From the NCBI GenBank assembly GCA_035299545.1, contig DATGWJ010000021.1, positions 10,090 to 74,089 of the forward strand: DNA of 64,000 nucleotides, read 5' to 3'. The notes under the pieces were generated by a model that was not told where the DNA came from, made no database searches, and was given only the letters and a program-made list of their open reading frames with translations. This document shows, piece after piece, positions 1 through 10,089 of the stretch; position 1 is the first letter of the stretch, and every line of letters begins with the position of its first letter. Made by a program: the position numbers and the translations under genes. The stretch comes from Minisyncoccota bacterium. GTDB lineage: Bacteria > Patescibacteriota > Minisyncoccia > Phycocordibacterales > UBA9973.

Positions 1-229
1 CTCCGACTTCGTCTATATCGCCAGTTCGGACACATTTCTGAACATCAACTAAGCGTGTCCCCATTGGGTGTTTTTGCCCTAAAAGATAAGGCACTAGTGG
101 TTGCATTCCTGCAGTATTAAAAAGCACAGATGGGTCGTTCTCTGGAACTAAAGAGGCAGAAGGTATTATCTTATGTCCACGGTTTTCGAAAAATTTAAGG
201 AATTTCTCTCGGATTTCATTTGAGGTCAT
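1..229 (-). CDS. alaS: Alanine--tRNA ligase, N-terminal part (runs off window start)
   Basis: Manual translation: [51 protein letters not shown]...[14 protein letters not shown], the classic AlaRS N-terminus; not in the ORF track. Confidence 0.93.
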   Translation of the reverse strand, partial: MTSNEIREKFLKFFENRGHKIIPSASLVPENDPSVLFNTAGMQPLVPYLLGQKHPMGTRLVDVQKCVRTGDIDEVG

Positions 230-261
230 ATGCATTCATATTATACTAAAAACACTAAACA

Positions 262-296
262 GAAAAGCCCTCCGGTAATATCCCGGAGGGCTTTTC
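262..296. terminator. Intrinsic terminator hairpin after MgtC-family gene
   Basis: GAAAAGCCCTCCGG ... CCGGAGGGCTTTTC 14-bp inverted repeat. Confidence 0.75.
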
Positions 297-785
297 TTAG
301 TTGTAATTATCATCCTGAGGATTATTTTCTTTAAAGAATTTTGATTTTCTTAACTGTTCTTCCAAGAACCAAAGAACAATAAATATGAATAAGGTTAGAA
401 TAGTAGTAATTATTGCAATATTAAAAAGTTTAAAACCAGCGGCCATTCCAATACCAGCAGAAACCCAAAGACCCGTGGCAGTAGTAAGACCCATTAATTT
501 TGAATCTTTAGTGAAAATTAATCCAGCTCCAATAAACCCTATACCCACAACAATCTGAGAAATAAGTATTAAAGGATTTAACCCAGAAAAACCAGTATAG
601 AACTTGACCATTTCATTTGAAATAATAACAAACAAAGCAGAACCCATTGATACAAGTGCGTACGTTCGCATTCCTGCTGTTTTGTGCGCCCATACACGCT
701 CTGTACCTATAACCATACCCAATAGTAAAGCAACTAATAGACGAATAACCACATCTACAGTTGAAATATTTAAAAAGTTTTCCAT
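297..785 (-). CDS. MgtC/SapB family membrane protein
   Basis: IGTER...AGMRTYALV, QIVVGIGFIGAG, GLTTATGLWV motifs; start moved to MENFL to avoid overlap with mnmA. Confidence 0.9.
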   Translation of the reverse strand: MENFLNISTVDVVIRLLVALLLGMVIGTERVWAHKTAGMRTYALVSMGSALFVIISNEMVKFYTGFSGLNPLILISQIVVGIGFIGAGLIFTKDSKLMGLTTATGLWVSAGIGMAAGFKLFNIAIITTILTLFIFIVLWFLEEQLRKSKFFKENNPQDDNYN

Positions 786-795
786 AGTATAACCA

Positions 796-1974
796 TTATC
801 CCACAATGCCTCCACCCAAGCAAGCATTTACGTCATAAACAACAATAGATTGACCACTATCAACAAGTATATTTTTATCAAAAATTATTTTTGCCTTTTT
901 ATCTTCCGATACTTCTACCTTGCAAGAAAAATGCTCCCCATGATACCTAATCTGAGCAGTATACTTTTTGTCTTTCTCTGGAATACTCGATATCCAATTT
1001 ACTTTTTCTATTTCCAAATAATTAGATTCTTTATTTCCCCCTGAACCTGGTTCAAGGGAGACTGTAATGGTATTATCTTTAATATTTTTAGATATAACAT
1101 AAAGAGGTTTTTCGTTATCTTCTTTCTTGTTTACTCTAAACCCATGCCTTTCTCCAAGAGTGAAGAAAACAGCTCCATCGTGAGTACCTATAATTTCTCC
1201 TTTTTCATCTAAAACATTTCCTTTTTCAGATTTAATATAATGCTTCAAGAAATCTTTCATATCAAGTTGTCCAAGAAAACAAACTCCTTGGCTGTCCTTT
1301 TTTGTAGCAGTAGGAAGTTTATATTTTTCTGCAAGTTTACGAACTTCTGTCTTATTCAAGTGTCCAACAGGGAAAAGTGTGTGACGAAGATCTTCTTGTG
1401 TAAGAGTCCATAAAAAATAAGATTGATCTTTAGAATCATCTTTTGACTTGCGAAGCGCCAATAGTCCTTGAGAAGCGACGGGTGTGGGTGAGAAAGCGAA
1501 TACATGGAGCTTTCGCAAGACCTTTTGAGATTTCTTTGTATTCAAAGAATCCAAAAGGTGTACTGCGCCTGTAAGGCGGGCCGGAGTATTTACAGCATAA
1601 TGCCCTGTCGCAATAAAATCTGCGCCGTGGGATTTGGCAAAATTCCAAAACACTCCAAATTTTACTTCGCGATTACACATTACATCGGGGTTGGGTGTTT
1701 TTCCTTTTTTATATTCTTCTATCATATAGTCTGCCACACCTTCCTTGTATTCCTTTTCTGCATCACATTCCAAGAATGGAATACCTAGATGAGCACAGAC
1801 ACGCATCGCATCGCGACGTTCATCTCTCCAAGTACACTCTATAAAATCCGGTGTCCAGGTACGGATAAAAACACCAACAACGTTGTATCCTTGTTCTTTT
1901 AGAAGAGCTGCTGAGACAGATGAATCCACCCCTCCCGACACTCCAACAAATACTGTTTTATACTTTGATTTCAT
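796..1974 (-). CDS. mnmA: tRNA 2-thiouridylase MnmA, with an internal in-frame insertion
   Basis: SGGVDS, TPNPDVMCN, ATGHY, KDQSYFL, KKDSQGVCF, GQSIVVY motifs. Confidence 0.96.
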   Translation of the reverse strand: MKSKYKTVFVGVSGGVDSSVSAALLKEQGYNVVGVFIRTWTPDFIECTWRDERRDAMRVCAHLGIPFLECDAEKEYKEGVADYMIEEYKKGKTPNPDVMCNREVKFGVFWNFAKSHGADFIATGHYAVNTPARLTGAVHLLDSLNTKKSQKVLRKLHVFAFSPTPVASQGLLALRKSKDDSKDQSYFLWTLTQEDLRHTLFPVGHLNKTEVRKLAEKYKLPTATKKDSQGVCFLGQLDMKDFLKHYIKSEKGNVLDEKGEIIGTHDGAVFFTLGERHGFRVNKKEDNEKPLYVISKNIKDNTITVSLEPGSGGNKESNYLEIEKVNWISSIPEKDKKYTAQIRYHGEHFSCKVEVSEDKKAKIIFDKNILVDSGQSIVVYDVNACLGGGIVG

Positions 1975-1996
1975 TTAAATAAACCAATTGCTACAT

Positions 1997-2095
1997 AAAA
2001 TAAGCTCTTCTCAAAATGCACGGATATTTTTCTGCTGAAAAATTCCTCGTGCTCGCGCCGTCGCGCTCCCAAGGCATTTTTTAAAGACTTATTTT
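1997..2095. repeat. Structured intergenic element, family B (related copies at 23541-23575 and 48668-48785)
   Basis: Terminal IR AAAATAAG/CTTATTTT; core CGGATATTTTTCTGCTGAAAAATTCCTCGTGCTCGC recurs at the other two loci. Confidence 0.65.
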
Positions 2096-2128
2096 CTTTC
2101 GCAATTTTTAATTCTTAATTGGTAATTA

Positions 2129-3022
2129 TTAATTACCCCTACTCCACCTTGCAAATATACCACAAGGTAGCAATATGTCACTTCCTGTTTGTTCTATCAC
2201 AAGTTCCCCACTTTCTATGATACCTTTGTAGTTTTTCATCATATCCTTTAAATTATTTTGGTACGCAATAGGAGAATACCCAGCAGTATATCCATTTATT
2301 AGAATAAACAGAGGATTAGAAGATAGTACTTCTTTACACAATTTCATTAGCTCAAGAAAATTCTCTTCTATTTTCCACAATTCATCTTTCGGACCATGGC
2401 CAAAAGAAGGAGGATCCATAATTATGGCATCATATTTGTGTCCTCTTTTTACTTCTCGCTTCAGAAATTTAATTACATCTTCGACTATCCATCTTGTCGA
2501 AGCATTTTCTAATCCAGAAAGTTTTGCATTCTCTCGTGCCCATTCTACTGCGGTCTTCGAACCATCTACATGGCAAACTTCTGCTCCGGCTTTAGCACAA
2601 GCAAGTGTAGCCCCACCGGTATAAGCAAAAAGATTTAATACTTCTACTTTTCTATTCTTTGATTCTTTTTTAATTAACTCTTCTGTCCACTGCCAATTTG
2701 GAAGTTGCTCAGGGAAAAGCCCGGTGTGCTTAAAAGATGTAGGCTTAATAGAGAACTTTAAACTCCCGTAAGATATATTCCAGCTTTTTGGTGTTCCTTC
2801 TTTTACTACCCACCCTGCCTGCCGGCCAGGCAGGTTTGTCTTAATTCCATTCCGAACAAATTTTAACTCAGCTTTTTCCCAATCGGAAATATTTTTTGAT
2901 TTTTCCCATATCGCTTCAGGGTCTGGGCGTTTTAGAATATAGGAACCATATCTTTCCAATTTCTCTCCATTACCGGAATCAATTAATTCATAATCATTTT
3001 GTTTTTCTGTTTTTAAAATCAT
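2129..3022 (-). CDS. Class I SAM-dependent methyltransferase (RlmI/RlmK-like)
   Basis: DSGNGEKLERYG, HTGLFPEQ, VLNLFAYTGGAT, DAIIMDPPSFG motifs. Confidence 0.88.
   Translation of the reverse strand: MILKTEKQNDYELIDSGNGEKLERYGSYILKRPDPEAIWEKSKNISDWEKAELKFVRNGIKTNLPGRQAGWVVKEGTPKSWNISYGSLKFSIKPTSFKHTGLFPEQLPNWQWTEELIKKESKNRKVEVLNLFAYTGGATLACAKAGAEVCHVDGSKTAVEWARENAKLSGLENASTRWIVEDVIKFLKREVKRGHKYDAIIMDPPSFGHGPKDELWKIEENFLELMKLCKEVLSSNPLFILINGYTAGYSPIAYQNNLKDMMKNYKGIIESGELVIEQTGSDILLPCGIFARWSRGN
2814..2834. repeat. 21-bp GC-rich palindrome in frame in the methyltransferase
   Basis: CCTGCCTGCCGGCCAGGCAGG, read as LPGRQAG in an otherwise AT-rich gene. Confidence 0.65.
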
Positions 3023-3023
3023 A

Positions 3024-3938
3024 TTATTTAAGATATTTATTTATATTTTGTTTATGCTCATCATACGAGACAGCGAAGTGCACTTTACCATTTTTATCAT
3101 GAAGATAATATAAGTAGGAGGATGCTTTTGGTGATATAGCTGCTTTTATAGATGTTAGACCAGGATTATTAAGTGGTTTTATAGGTAGACCTTTATTTTC
3201 ATAAGTCCATCTATCTACATCTACCTGGAGAGGCATATTGAGTGAAATTCTTTTCCATAAAATACCAGAAATTATTTCAACATCTTCTTTCCCACCCGCT
3301 TCTCCTTCTAAAATAGATGCCATGATTACTATTTCCGATAAACTTTTATTACTTTCTTTTAACTCTAAATCAACATTTTCTATTTTATTATTAAAATTAT
3401 CAAACAATTTTTTAATTATTTCATCTGGCTGATCAAGTGAGAATAAAAAGTATGTATCTGGGAACAAATAACCCTGTTTATCTTTTGCTTGAGATAAAAA
3501 TAATTCCTTGTTAAATTGAGGTAATTTATCAGAGAGAATATCAGCAATCTGTTCATTAGTTAAACCTTCCCTGATTGTAATTTTTATAGGCTTCAAATTA
3601 TAGTGGCCTCGTCCTATCTGCCAAGCCACAACAAAAACAGGGGCTTCTTTTTTAATTAGATAATCACCAGTAATTATTCCCTGCCCTTTCTTTAAAAGTT
3701 TAATGAATATTTTTAAAGTTAGATCATTTTTTACAATATTTTTATTCTCTAATTCTAATGCGAGAGAATTTATAGATTGCCCTCCAGAAATATGTATAAT
3801 AGTATCACTACCACCAAATGGAGAGGCTAAAAAAGTAAAATAAAGAATAATAACAAAAATCAATACTAATAATATATACCATTTTTTAGTATTAATTTTT
3901 GTGTCTTGTGACTCTATTTTTTCGAAATTATCATCCAT
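3024..3938 (-). CDS. mltG: Endolytic transglycosylase MltG (YceG family)
   Basis: N-terminal TM; GYLFPDTY, MASILEGEA, MPLQVD, NNPG, YLYYLHD, EH motifs. Confidence 0.9.
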   Translation of the reverse strand: MDDNFEKIESQDTKINTKKWYILLVLIFVIILYFTFLASPFGGSDTIIHISGGQSINSLALELENKNIVKNDLTLKIFIKLLKKGQGIITGDYLIKKEAPVFVVAWQIGRGHYNLKPIKITIREGLTNEQIADILSDKLPQFNKELFLSQAKDKQGYLFPDTYFLFSLDQPDEIIKKLFDNFNNKIENVDLELKESNKSLSEIVIMASILEGEAGGKEDVEIISGILWKRISLNMPLQVDVDRWTYENKGLPIKPLNNPGLTSIKAAISPKASSYLYYLHDKNGKVHFAVSYDEHKQNINKYLK

Positions 3939-3941
3939 AAA

Positions 3942-5240
3942 CTAGACAGGCAAATTGGAAGGTGGCTTTGCAATCTTTGACTCGATACGCTTGAAGCTTG
4001 GTGTCTCTGAAACCATTCCAGGGAAATGATAAATACTTGCTAATTCCTCACTTGAAAGAACAAAAACATTTGGTTTACCAGATGGGAAGAACATATTAAA
4101 CACTGCTGGATATTTAAAGGCGAACTGTAATGGTGGATGGAAGAATGTCCTCATTCTATAGAAATTAAGCATACGTCTCTTTAATGCCGTTAGGGCAAGA
4201 CCTGTAGGGTCAGACCATGGTGCATCGAACTGAGTAGAATTCACACGATTAAGCTCATTTGAATTTGGCTGAGCAAACTGACGAAATACAAGACGAGCAG
4301 AACGTCTTAGATTATTAAATTGGTCATCTGATATTAATCTTTTATCTGCTAAGGTAACTAATCTGATACCACAATCAAAATGAATGAGTTTCAAATTAGA
4401 AACCCACAATCGAATAGTATCTTCAAGGAATCCAGGCGCACGAACTTCTGTGGCATCAGAACCTCCCACTCCAGATTTTGCGTGAATTCGGGTATAAGGT
4501 TTAAGAACATCTTGAATGTGCTCTTCCGCATATGCATCAAAGTCCACATGCTTACCAGTAAAATGACTATGATATTTCTTAATGTTCTGTCTTACAACTA
4601 TTTGTATCCAAACTTGTTCACCCTTAGGGAGAGAACCCAGATATTCTATGATAGGAGTTATTGGGTCTATCTTGTATTCTTCCTTAGTCCCACTTTTCAT
4701 TTCCTCTACCTGCTTATAGGTTTTTATTGTTTGAACGTCGTGTTTTAATTTATTAAATTCACAACCCCAAAGATTCCAATCACCATCTTTTCTATATTGA
4801 GGAATTTTAAAAGCGTAATCCTCTACTTCTACTACTTTTGCCTGAGGATATTGCGCGTATATTTGCGTCTCTACGAGATCACGAATACGAGTAGGTGTAC
4901 GAATATAAAAATGAACTCTTCCGTCTATAGAAACAATTTCAAGTGAAAACCAAAGCCAAGGTGCACCCTGTACGAATTGCTCCCAAAATCCTTTCATACT
5001 CTTATGATAAAGAGCGTTAGAAAAGATAAGCTCCATAGCTGCAGGTGTCTTTATAACTTCACGGGGTACTTGAATCTCAAGAAGAACCCATTTTATTCCC
5101 ATAATAAAACGTTCTTGTCGGTAATGATGCCACAAAGTGAAAGCTATATATGCCAAAGGTATCGGCATAAGGTAACCAATAGTGACTAAAAGTATTTGTA
5201 TTAGATTGAAATTATGAGTTGCTAAGAATTGTTCTATCAT
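3942..5240 (-). CDS. Conserved membrane-anchored hypothetical protein
   Basis: 432-aa ORF; N-terminal TM, FSLEIVS, IYAQYPQA, LSSEELASIYHFP and C-terminal PPSNLP, a pattern I recall from CPR proteins. Confidence 0.7.
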   Translation of the reverse strand: MIEQFLATHNFNLIQILLVTIGYLMPIPLAYIAFTLWHHYRQERFIMGIKWVLLEIQVPREVIKTPAAMELIFSNALYHKSMKGFWEQFVQGAPWLWFSLEIVSIDGRVHFYIRTPTRIRDLVETQIYAQYPQAKVVEVEDYAFKIPQYRKDGDWNLWGCEFNKLKHDVQTIKTYKQVEEMKSGTKEEYKIDPITPIIEYLGSLPKGEQVWIQIVVRQNIKKYHSHFTGKHVDFDAYAEEHIQDVLKPYTRIHAKSGVGGSDATEVRAPGFLEDTIRLWVSNLKLIHFDCGIRLVTLADKRLISDDQFNNLRRSARLVFRQFAQPNSNELNRVNSTQFDAPWSDPTGLALTALKRRMLNFYRMRTFFHPPLQFAFKYPAVFNMFFPSGKPNVFVLSSEELASIYHFPGMVSETPSFKRIESKIAKPPSNLPV

Positions 5241-5243
5241 ATG

Positions 5244-5330
5244 TTATCTAGAAAAATAACCTATCAATATGGCGATTAAAATAAATCCGAGTATTATTAC
5301 TATAAGATTCATAATCATTCCTCGTTGCAT
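5244..5330 (-). CDS. Putative 28-aa single-TM peptide
   Basis: MQRGMIMNLIVIILGFILIAILIGYFSR*, stops 3 nt before the next start; TGATACAAT about 7 nt upstream. Confidence 0.45.
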   Translation of the reverse strand: MQRGMIMNLIVIILGFILIAILIGYFSR

Positions 5331-5393
5331 ATGTATTATTGTATCATAAACAAAATAAAAACTCGACTATAGTCGAGTTTTTATTTTGTTTAT

Positions 5394-6425
5394 TTATGCA
5401 ATTGCGTATTGTCCCTGCTTGTTCTTCTTAAAATATTTAGGATTCTGTAAATTTACTAAAATAGTGTTCTTCTTTAGGTATCTTTCTTTCATAACTTGGT
5501 CAACAATTTCTTCTTTTACCATTGGTCCATTTTTCTTTAGAAGTTCTTTTATAACATCTCGGACTACACCAGTCTTGTAACCCCATTCAGATAAGGCATA
5601 TATACCTCTTCCAACAAGGACAAATCTTGGATCCTTTATGAGCTCATTATGACAAGTAGCAACATGACACTTCTTTCCGAAAGTATTTGAAACTGCCTTA
5701 GCTACTTCTCTGAAATGCATAGGACTGCCGTGCTTGCGCATCATTAAGAAAGCATAATCTTTCACTCCACGTGTCTTTATACTTGGTGATGATGCTCTAC
5801 CCCATTCTCCAAGTGGGTTTTTACTAATCTTTTTTGATATTGAGAGCCAGCGACGAGCAATCTCTTCATTTCTATATTGTTCAGATAAATCTTTTATCTC
5901 TTCAAGGAATCGAGCGATAAGCTCACTTTCTGAAATTAATTCATCATCTTTTAGATTTTCATAAATATTCTTGAGTGATTTGTGAATACGATCTGCAATT
6001 TCAGAATCAATACTCCATCGTGCTTTAAAATGATCGTCTTCTTTGTGTTTAGTAAACTCATTACTTAATGTTAAGAAGAGGTTTATGTGGTTCTGAGTCA
6101 ATTTATCTTTTGCTAAATGATTGAGAAGATCTTGTTCTGAAACTATTGCTCCTAGGGTGTGGACTAACTTTTTAAGCTCTTCGAAAACTTCCTTTTCATT
6201 TTTAAAGAATTCAGATTTGCGGATAAGAGATAATGCTGTGTTTTCTATTTGGCGGACACGTTCACGAGTAATACCATATTTCTTACCTATTGCTTCAAGA
6301 GTTCGGCGTTCTGTATCAGCAGTCAATCCAAATCGGTTAACAATGACCTCATAGGCGCGAGGAGGTAAATCTGCTAGTATCTTTTTAGTAATCTGCTTTG
6401 GTTTAAATGTAACTGTAGTAGCCAT
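5394..6425 (-). CDS. Sigma70 region-4 / HARE-HTH (RpoE delta-like) domain protein
   Basis: RFGL...TLEAIGKKYGITRERVRQIE sigma-r4 HTH; C-terminal PMHFREVA...HNELIKDPRFVLVGRGIYAL. Confidence 0.8.
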   Translation of the reverse strand: MATTVTFKPKQITKKILADLPPRAYEVIVNRFGLTADTERRTLEAIGKKYGITRERVRQIENTALSLIRKSEFFKNEKEVFEELKKLVHTLGAIVSEQDLLNHLAKDKLTQNHINLFLTLSNEFTKHKEDDHFKARWSIDSEIADRIHKSLKNIYENLKDDELISESELIARFLEEIKDLSEQYRNEEIARRWLSISKKISKNPLGEWGRASSPSIKTRGVKDYAFLMMRKHGSPMHFREVAKAVSNTFGKKCHVATCHNELIKDPRFVLVGRGIYALSEWGYKTGVVRDVIKELLKKNGPMVKEEIVDQVMKERYLKKNTILVNLQNPKYFKKNKQGQYAIA

Positions 6426-6522
6426 AATGAATAAAAATTTAATCTAATTAATTTATATCTTTTACTATAATATCATTACTATTAAATAAAGTCAACCTTT
6501 TAGAAATACCCCAATAAAATCA

Positions 6523-8331
6523 TTACTTTTTAGACAGAGTCTTAGCTTTTGATCTTTCCATTTCTGTCAAAAGCTTCTTCCTTAAGCGGACACTTTTAGG
6601 GGTAATTTCAAGATATTCATCTTCTGCCATTATCTCTAATCCCCTTTCAATAGATAGCTTATACGGCGGTTTTACAATTATGGCCTCATCTGTCCCACTC
6701 GCCCGCATATTTGAAAGCTGTTTGCTTTTTGTAGGGTTTACACTCATTTCATCGCCTTTAAGTACATTACCTACAACCATCCCTTCATAGACTTCATCCC
6801 CGTGTTCAACATACAAAGTCCCCCTTTCTTGAAGAGTCCAAAGAGAGAATGCAATTACCTTGCCAGCGACCATAGAAGTCATAGAACCGACATCTCTTTT
6901 CTTTATTTCACCAGCAAAACTTTTGAATCCTATAAATCTCGATGCAATTATTCCTTCGCCTTTTGTATCTACGACAAACTGACCTCGGTATCCGAGTAAA
7001 CCTCTTGTTGGAATTTCTATTAAGATACGAACTATCCCTTCCTTCTCATGCATACTTGTGATAATTCCGCGACGTGCAGTTAACTTCTCTATCACTGCGC
7101 CGGAATATTCATTACGAACATCAATAGTTGCCTCTTCATATGGTTCCAATTTTTCTCCATTCTCTTCTTTTATAATTACATGCGGTTGAGATACTTGAAG
7201 TTCATAACCTTCACGACGCATATTTTCAAGAAGAACTGCAATGTGTAATTCGCCGCGTCCGTAAACAAGAAAACCTTCTTGAATTTCTTCTTGGTCTGGT
7301 GTATCAAAATTCACTCGGAGCCCAACGTTCATTTCTAATTCTTTTTCTAGTCGCTCTCTTATCTGTCTACTTGTGACATATTTTCCTTCACGTCCGGCAA
7401 AAGGAGAATCGTTAACTAAAAAGTTTAAAGAAATTGTCGGCTCATCTATGGCGATAGATGGAAGAGCTTCAGTGTTTGGATTATCACAAATTGTTTCTCC
7501 TATGTACACATCTGGAATACCAGCAATAATCGCAATATCTCCAGTATTTAATTCGCTCACCTCTTTTCTGTTTATACCTTCGAATGTAAACATCTTGGTA
7601 ATCTTTGCATTTCGTGATTTACCATTACTATCTTTCACTATTATTCCTGAACTTGTCTTTATAGAACCAGAGTAAGCACGGACAATAGCTAAACGTCCTA
7701 AGAAATTATCATATCCAAGATTAAAAACTTGAGCTCGGAAAGGATCTTCTTTGTTTACTGAAGCTTCTTTCACTTCTTTCAAAATCAAATCGAAAAGCGG
7801 AGTTAAATCTTTTGATTCATCTTCAAGGTTCATCTTTGCTATACCAAGTCGTCCGATAGCATACATATATTTGAAATTAATTTGCTCTTCTGTGGCTCCA
7901 AGCTCTAAGAAAAGTTCAAGTATTTCATCGTGAACGCGATGAGGATTTGCGGCTGGTTTATCTATTTTATTTATTATAACGATTGGTTTAAGTCCAAGTT
8001 CGAGAGATTTTTTGAGCACAAATCGTGTCTGAGGCATAGGCCCTTCTTGCGCATCAACTAACAGAAGCACTGAGTCGATAGCACGAAGAACACGCTCAAC
8101 TTCAGAACCGAAGTCAGCGTGACCTGGAGTGTCTACAATATTTATTTTTGTTCCCTTATAAATTACAGAAGTGTTTTTTGAATATATAGTAATACCCCGC
8201 TCAAGTTCAAGAGCGTTTGAATCCATAGTTACTCCTTCTTCCACCATTCCACACTGCTTCATCATCTGGTCAGTGAGAGTTGTCTTACCATGGTCCACGT
8301 GTGCAATTATAGCTATGTTTCTAATTTCCAT
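6523..8331 (-). CDS. typA: Translational GTPase TypA/BipA
   Basis: IRNIAIIAHVDHGKTTL, ERGITI, DTPGHADF, GRGELH, EITPKSVRLRK. Confidence 0.97.
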   Translation of the reverse strand: MEIRNIAIIAHVDHGKTTLTDQMMKQCGMVEEGVTMDSNALELERGITIYSKNTSVIYKGTKINIVDTPGHADFGSEVERVLRAIDSVLLLVDAQEGPMPQTRFVLKKSLELGLKPIVIINKIDKPAANPHRVHDEILELFLELGATEEQINFKYMYAIGRLGIAKMNLEDESKDLTPLFDLILKEVKEASVNKEDPFRAQVFNLGYDNFLGRLAIVRAYSGSIKTSSGIIVKDSNGKSRNAKITKMFTFEGINRKEVSELNTGDIAIIAGIPDVYIGETICDNPNTEALPSIAIDEPTISLNFLVNDSPFAGREGKYVTSRQIRERLEKELEMNVGLRVNFDTPDQEEIQEGFLVYGRGELHIAVLLENMRREGYELQVSQPHVIIKEENGEKLEPYEEATIDVRNEYSGAVIEKLTARRGIITSMHEKEGIVRILIEIPTRGLLGYRGQFVVDTKGEGIIASRFIGFKSFAGEIKKRDVGSMTSMVAGKVIAFSLWTLQERGTLYVEHGDEVYEGMVVGNVLKGDEMSVNPTKSKQLSNMRASGTDEAIIVKPPYKLSIERGLEIMAEDEYLEITPKSVRLRKKLLTEMERSKAKTLSKK

Positions 8332-8436
8332 AAAATTTTTAATATAAATTTTTTAAACAAAAATATCCGCCGATAGCGGAAAATCCGATTTAAGATATCT
8401 TTATAATATCATACTTTCCGAAAAAAGTAAATATTT

Positions 8437-9543
8437 TTAAAGTAATTTTATTATATCGTGATAAGTTACGAAAATCATTAAAATTATCAATAAGCCAAAG
8501 CCGACGGCGTTTACAACATTTGCTATTTTTGGTTTTATTCGAGAACCTTTTATCTTCTCAATAAGTAAGAAGAACAATCTTCCTCCATCAAGAGCTGGAA
8601 ACGGAATAAGATTTATAACAGCAAGGTTAATAGATATAAGAGCTGTGAATGAAAGTAAGTAGACAAATCCGAACTTTGCTGCATCACCCACAACCCCGAC
8701 AATCCCTACAGGACCTGTAAGAGTAGAGAGATCAGCTTGCCCTATAACAGCATCATGAATTAAATTATAAAATCCTGCCACAGTCGCAACTGTCACATCC
8801 CAGGTTAATTTCAACCCTTCCCATAGAGCTCTGTGCACAGGGAGCTTGAGAGTACCTATCATATCCATTGAGATACCGATCATTGCATTTTCACTAGTAC
8901 TACTCTTCTCTGGAATAACTTTTATATCAAGTGGTTCTTGTCCTCGAACTACAGACACTGTCACCTCGTCACCATTGTGTTTCTTTACGAAATTCTGAAC
9001 ACTCTCAACACTAAAATATGAGGATAATAACATAGTTGAATCTGTCTTTGTTTCTAAAGAGACTATTTTATCACCTGTCTTTACTCCCCCTTTCTCTGCA
9101 GGAGAATTTGGTAATACACTAGTAACTGTAACCGCTTGATTTTCTACTATAGCTCCCTTTGGCACTGCCCCCACAGAAGTAGGTAGCCCAGAAATAAAAC
9201 CGACAGATAAAAGTATCCATGCCACAAGTAAATTCATTACTACTCCAGCGACTAATACAGCCGCTTGCACATATCTTGGTTTATTCACAAAACTTCTAGA
9301 ACTATCTGGTCCAGTCATTGAATCTTCATCTGGATTCTCCCCAAAAATTTTCACATACCCTCCAAAAGGTAGAGCATTGAAATTATATGAAGTCTCTCCT
9401 ATTTTTTTACCAAAAAGTTTTGGTGGAAAACCAAAAGAAAATTCATCCACTCTTATTTTATTTAATTTCGCAACAATAAAATGCCCAAATTCATGGGAGA
9501 TAACAAGGATAAGTAAAATTATTAAAAAAATTAAAATATTCAT
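8437..9543 (-). CDS. rseP: RIP metalloprotease RseP (M50, PDZ domain)
   Basis: HEFGH, PFGGYV, PDZ region, NLIPFPALDGG. Confidence 0.93.
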   Translation of the reverse strand: MNILIFLIILLILVISHEFGHFIVAKLNKIRVDEFSFGFPPKLFGKKIGETSYNFNALPFGGYVKIFGENPDEDSMTGPDSSRSFVNKPRYVQAAVLVAGVVMNLLVAWILLSVGFISGLPTSVGAVPKGAIVENQAVTVTSVLPNSPAEKGGVKTGDKIVSLETKTDSTMLLSSYFSVESVQNFVKKHNGDEVTVSVVRGQEPLDIKVIPEKSSTSENAMIGISMDMIGTLKLPVHRALWEGLKLTWDVTVATVAGFYNLIHDAVIGQADLSTLTGPVGIVGVVGDAAKFGFVYLLSFTALISINLAVINLIPFPALDGGRLFFLLIEKIKGSRIKPKIANVVNAVGFGLLIILMIFVTYHDIIKLL

Positions 9544-9546
9544 GAA

Positions 9547-10080
9547 TTAACTCATTATTTCAGTTTCCTTTTTATTGAAAATGGCTTCAAGATTATTGTT
9601 TGCTTCATCTACGCATTTTTGAATTTCATCTTTACCTCTTTTCTTTTCATCTTCAGACATATCTTCTAATTTATCTATTTCAGATTGTCGCTCTTTGCGA
9701 ACACTAATTCGGGCATCTTCAAGTTTTTCTTTTAGAACTTTTGCAAGCTTTGCTCGATTCTCAGTAGTAAGCATAGGGAAAATAACTCGAACACCATCAC
9801 TATCAGACACAACAGAAAGACCAAGATTAGATGCATTGATTGAATTTTCTATTTCTTTAATTTGATTTTTATCCCATGGAGCAATGCGAAGAGTCTTTGG
9901 GTCTTCTATTGTGATACCTGCAATATTTTTTATCGGCATATGAGTGCCATAACTTTCTACAGTGACACTATCGAGAACCATCGGAGTCGCTCTACCTGTG
10001 TGCACTTGCCCATATTCTTTACTCAACCATTCTTCTATCTTTTTTAATTCTACTTTAAAACCTTGTGTGTTATACGCCAT
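9547..10080 (-). CDS. frr: Ribosome recycling factor
   Basis: TGRATP, IAPWD, PMLTTENR, EDARISVRKER. Confidence 0.95.
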   Translation of the reverse strand: MAYNTQGFKVELKKIEEWLSKEYGQVHTGRATPMVLDSVTVESYGTHMPIKNIAGITIEDPKTLRIAPWDKNQIKEIENSINASNLGLSVVSDSDGVRVIFPMLTTENRAKLAKVLKEKLEDARISVRKERQSEIDKLEDMSEDEKKRGKDEIQKCVDEANNNLEAIFNKKETEIMS

Positions 10081-10089
10081 ATACCTTTA

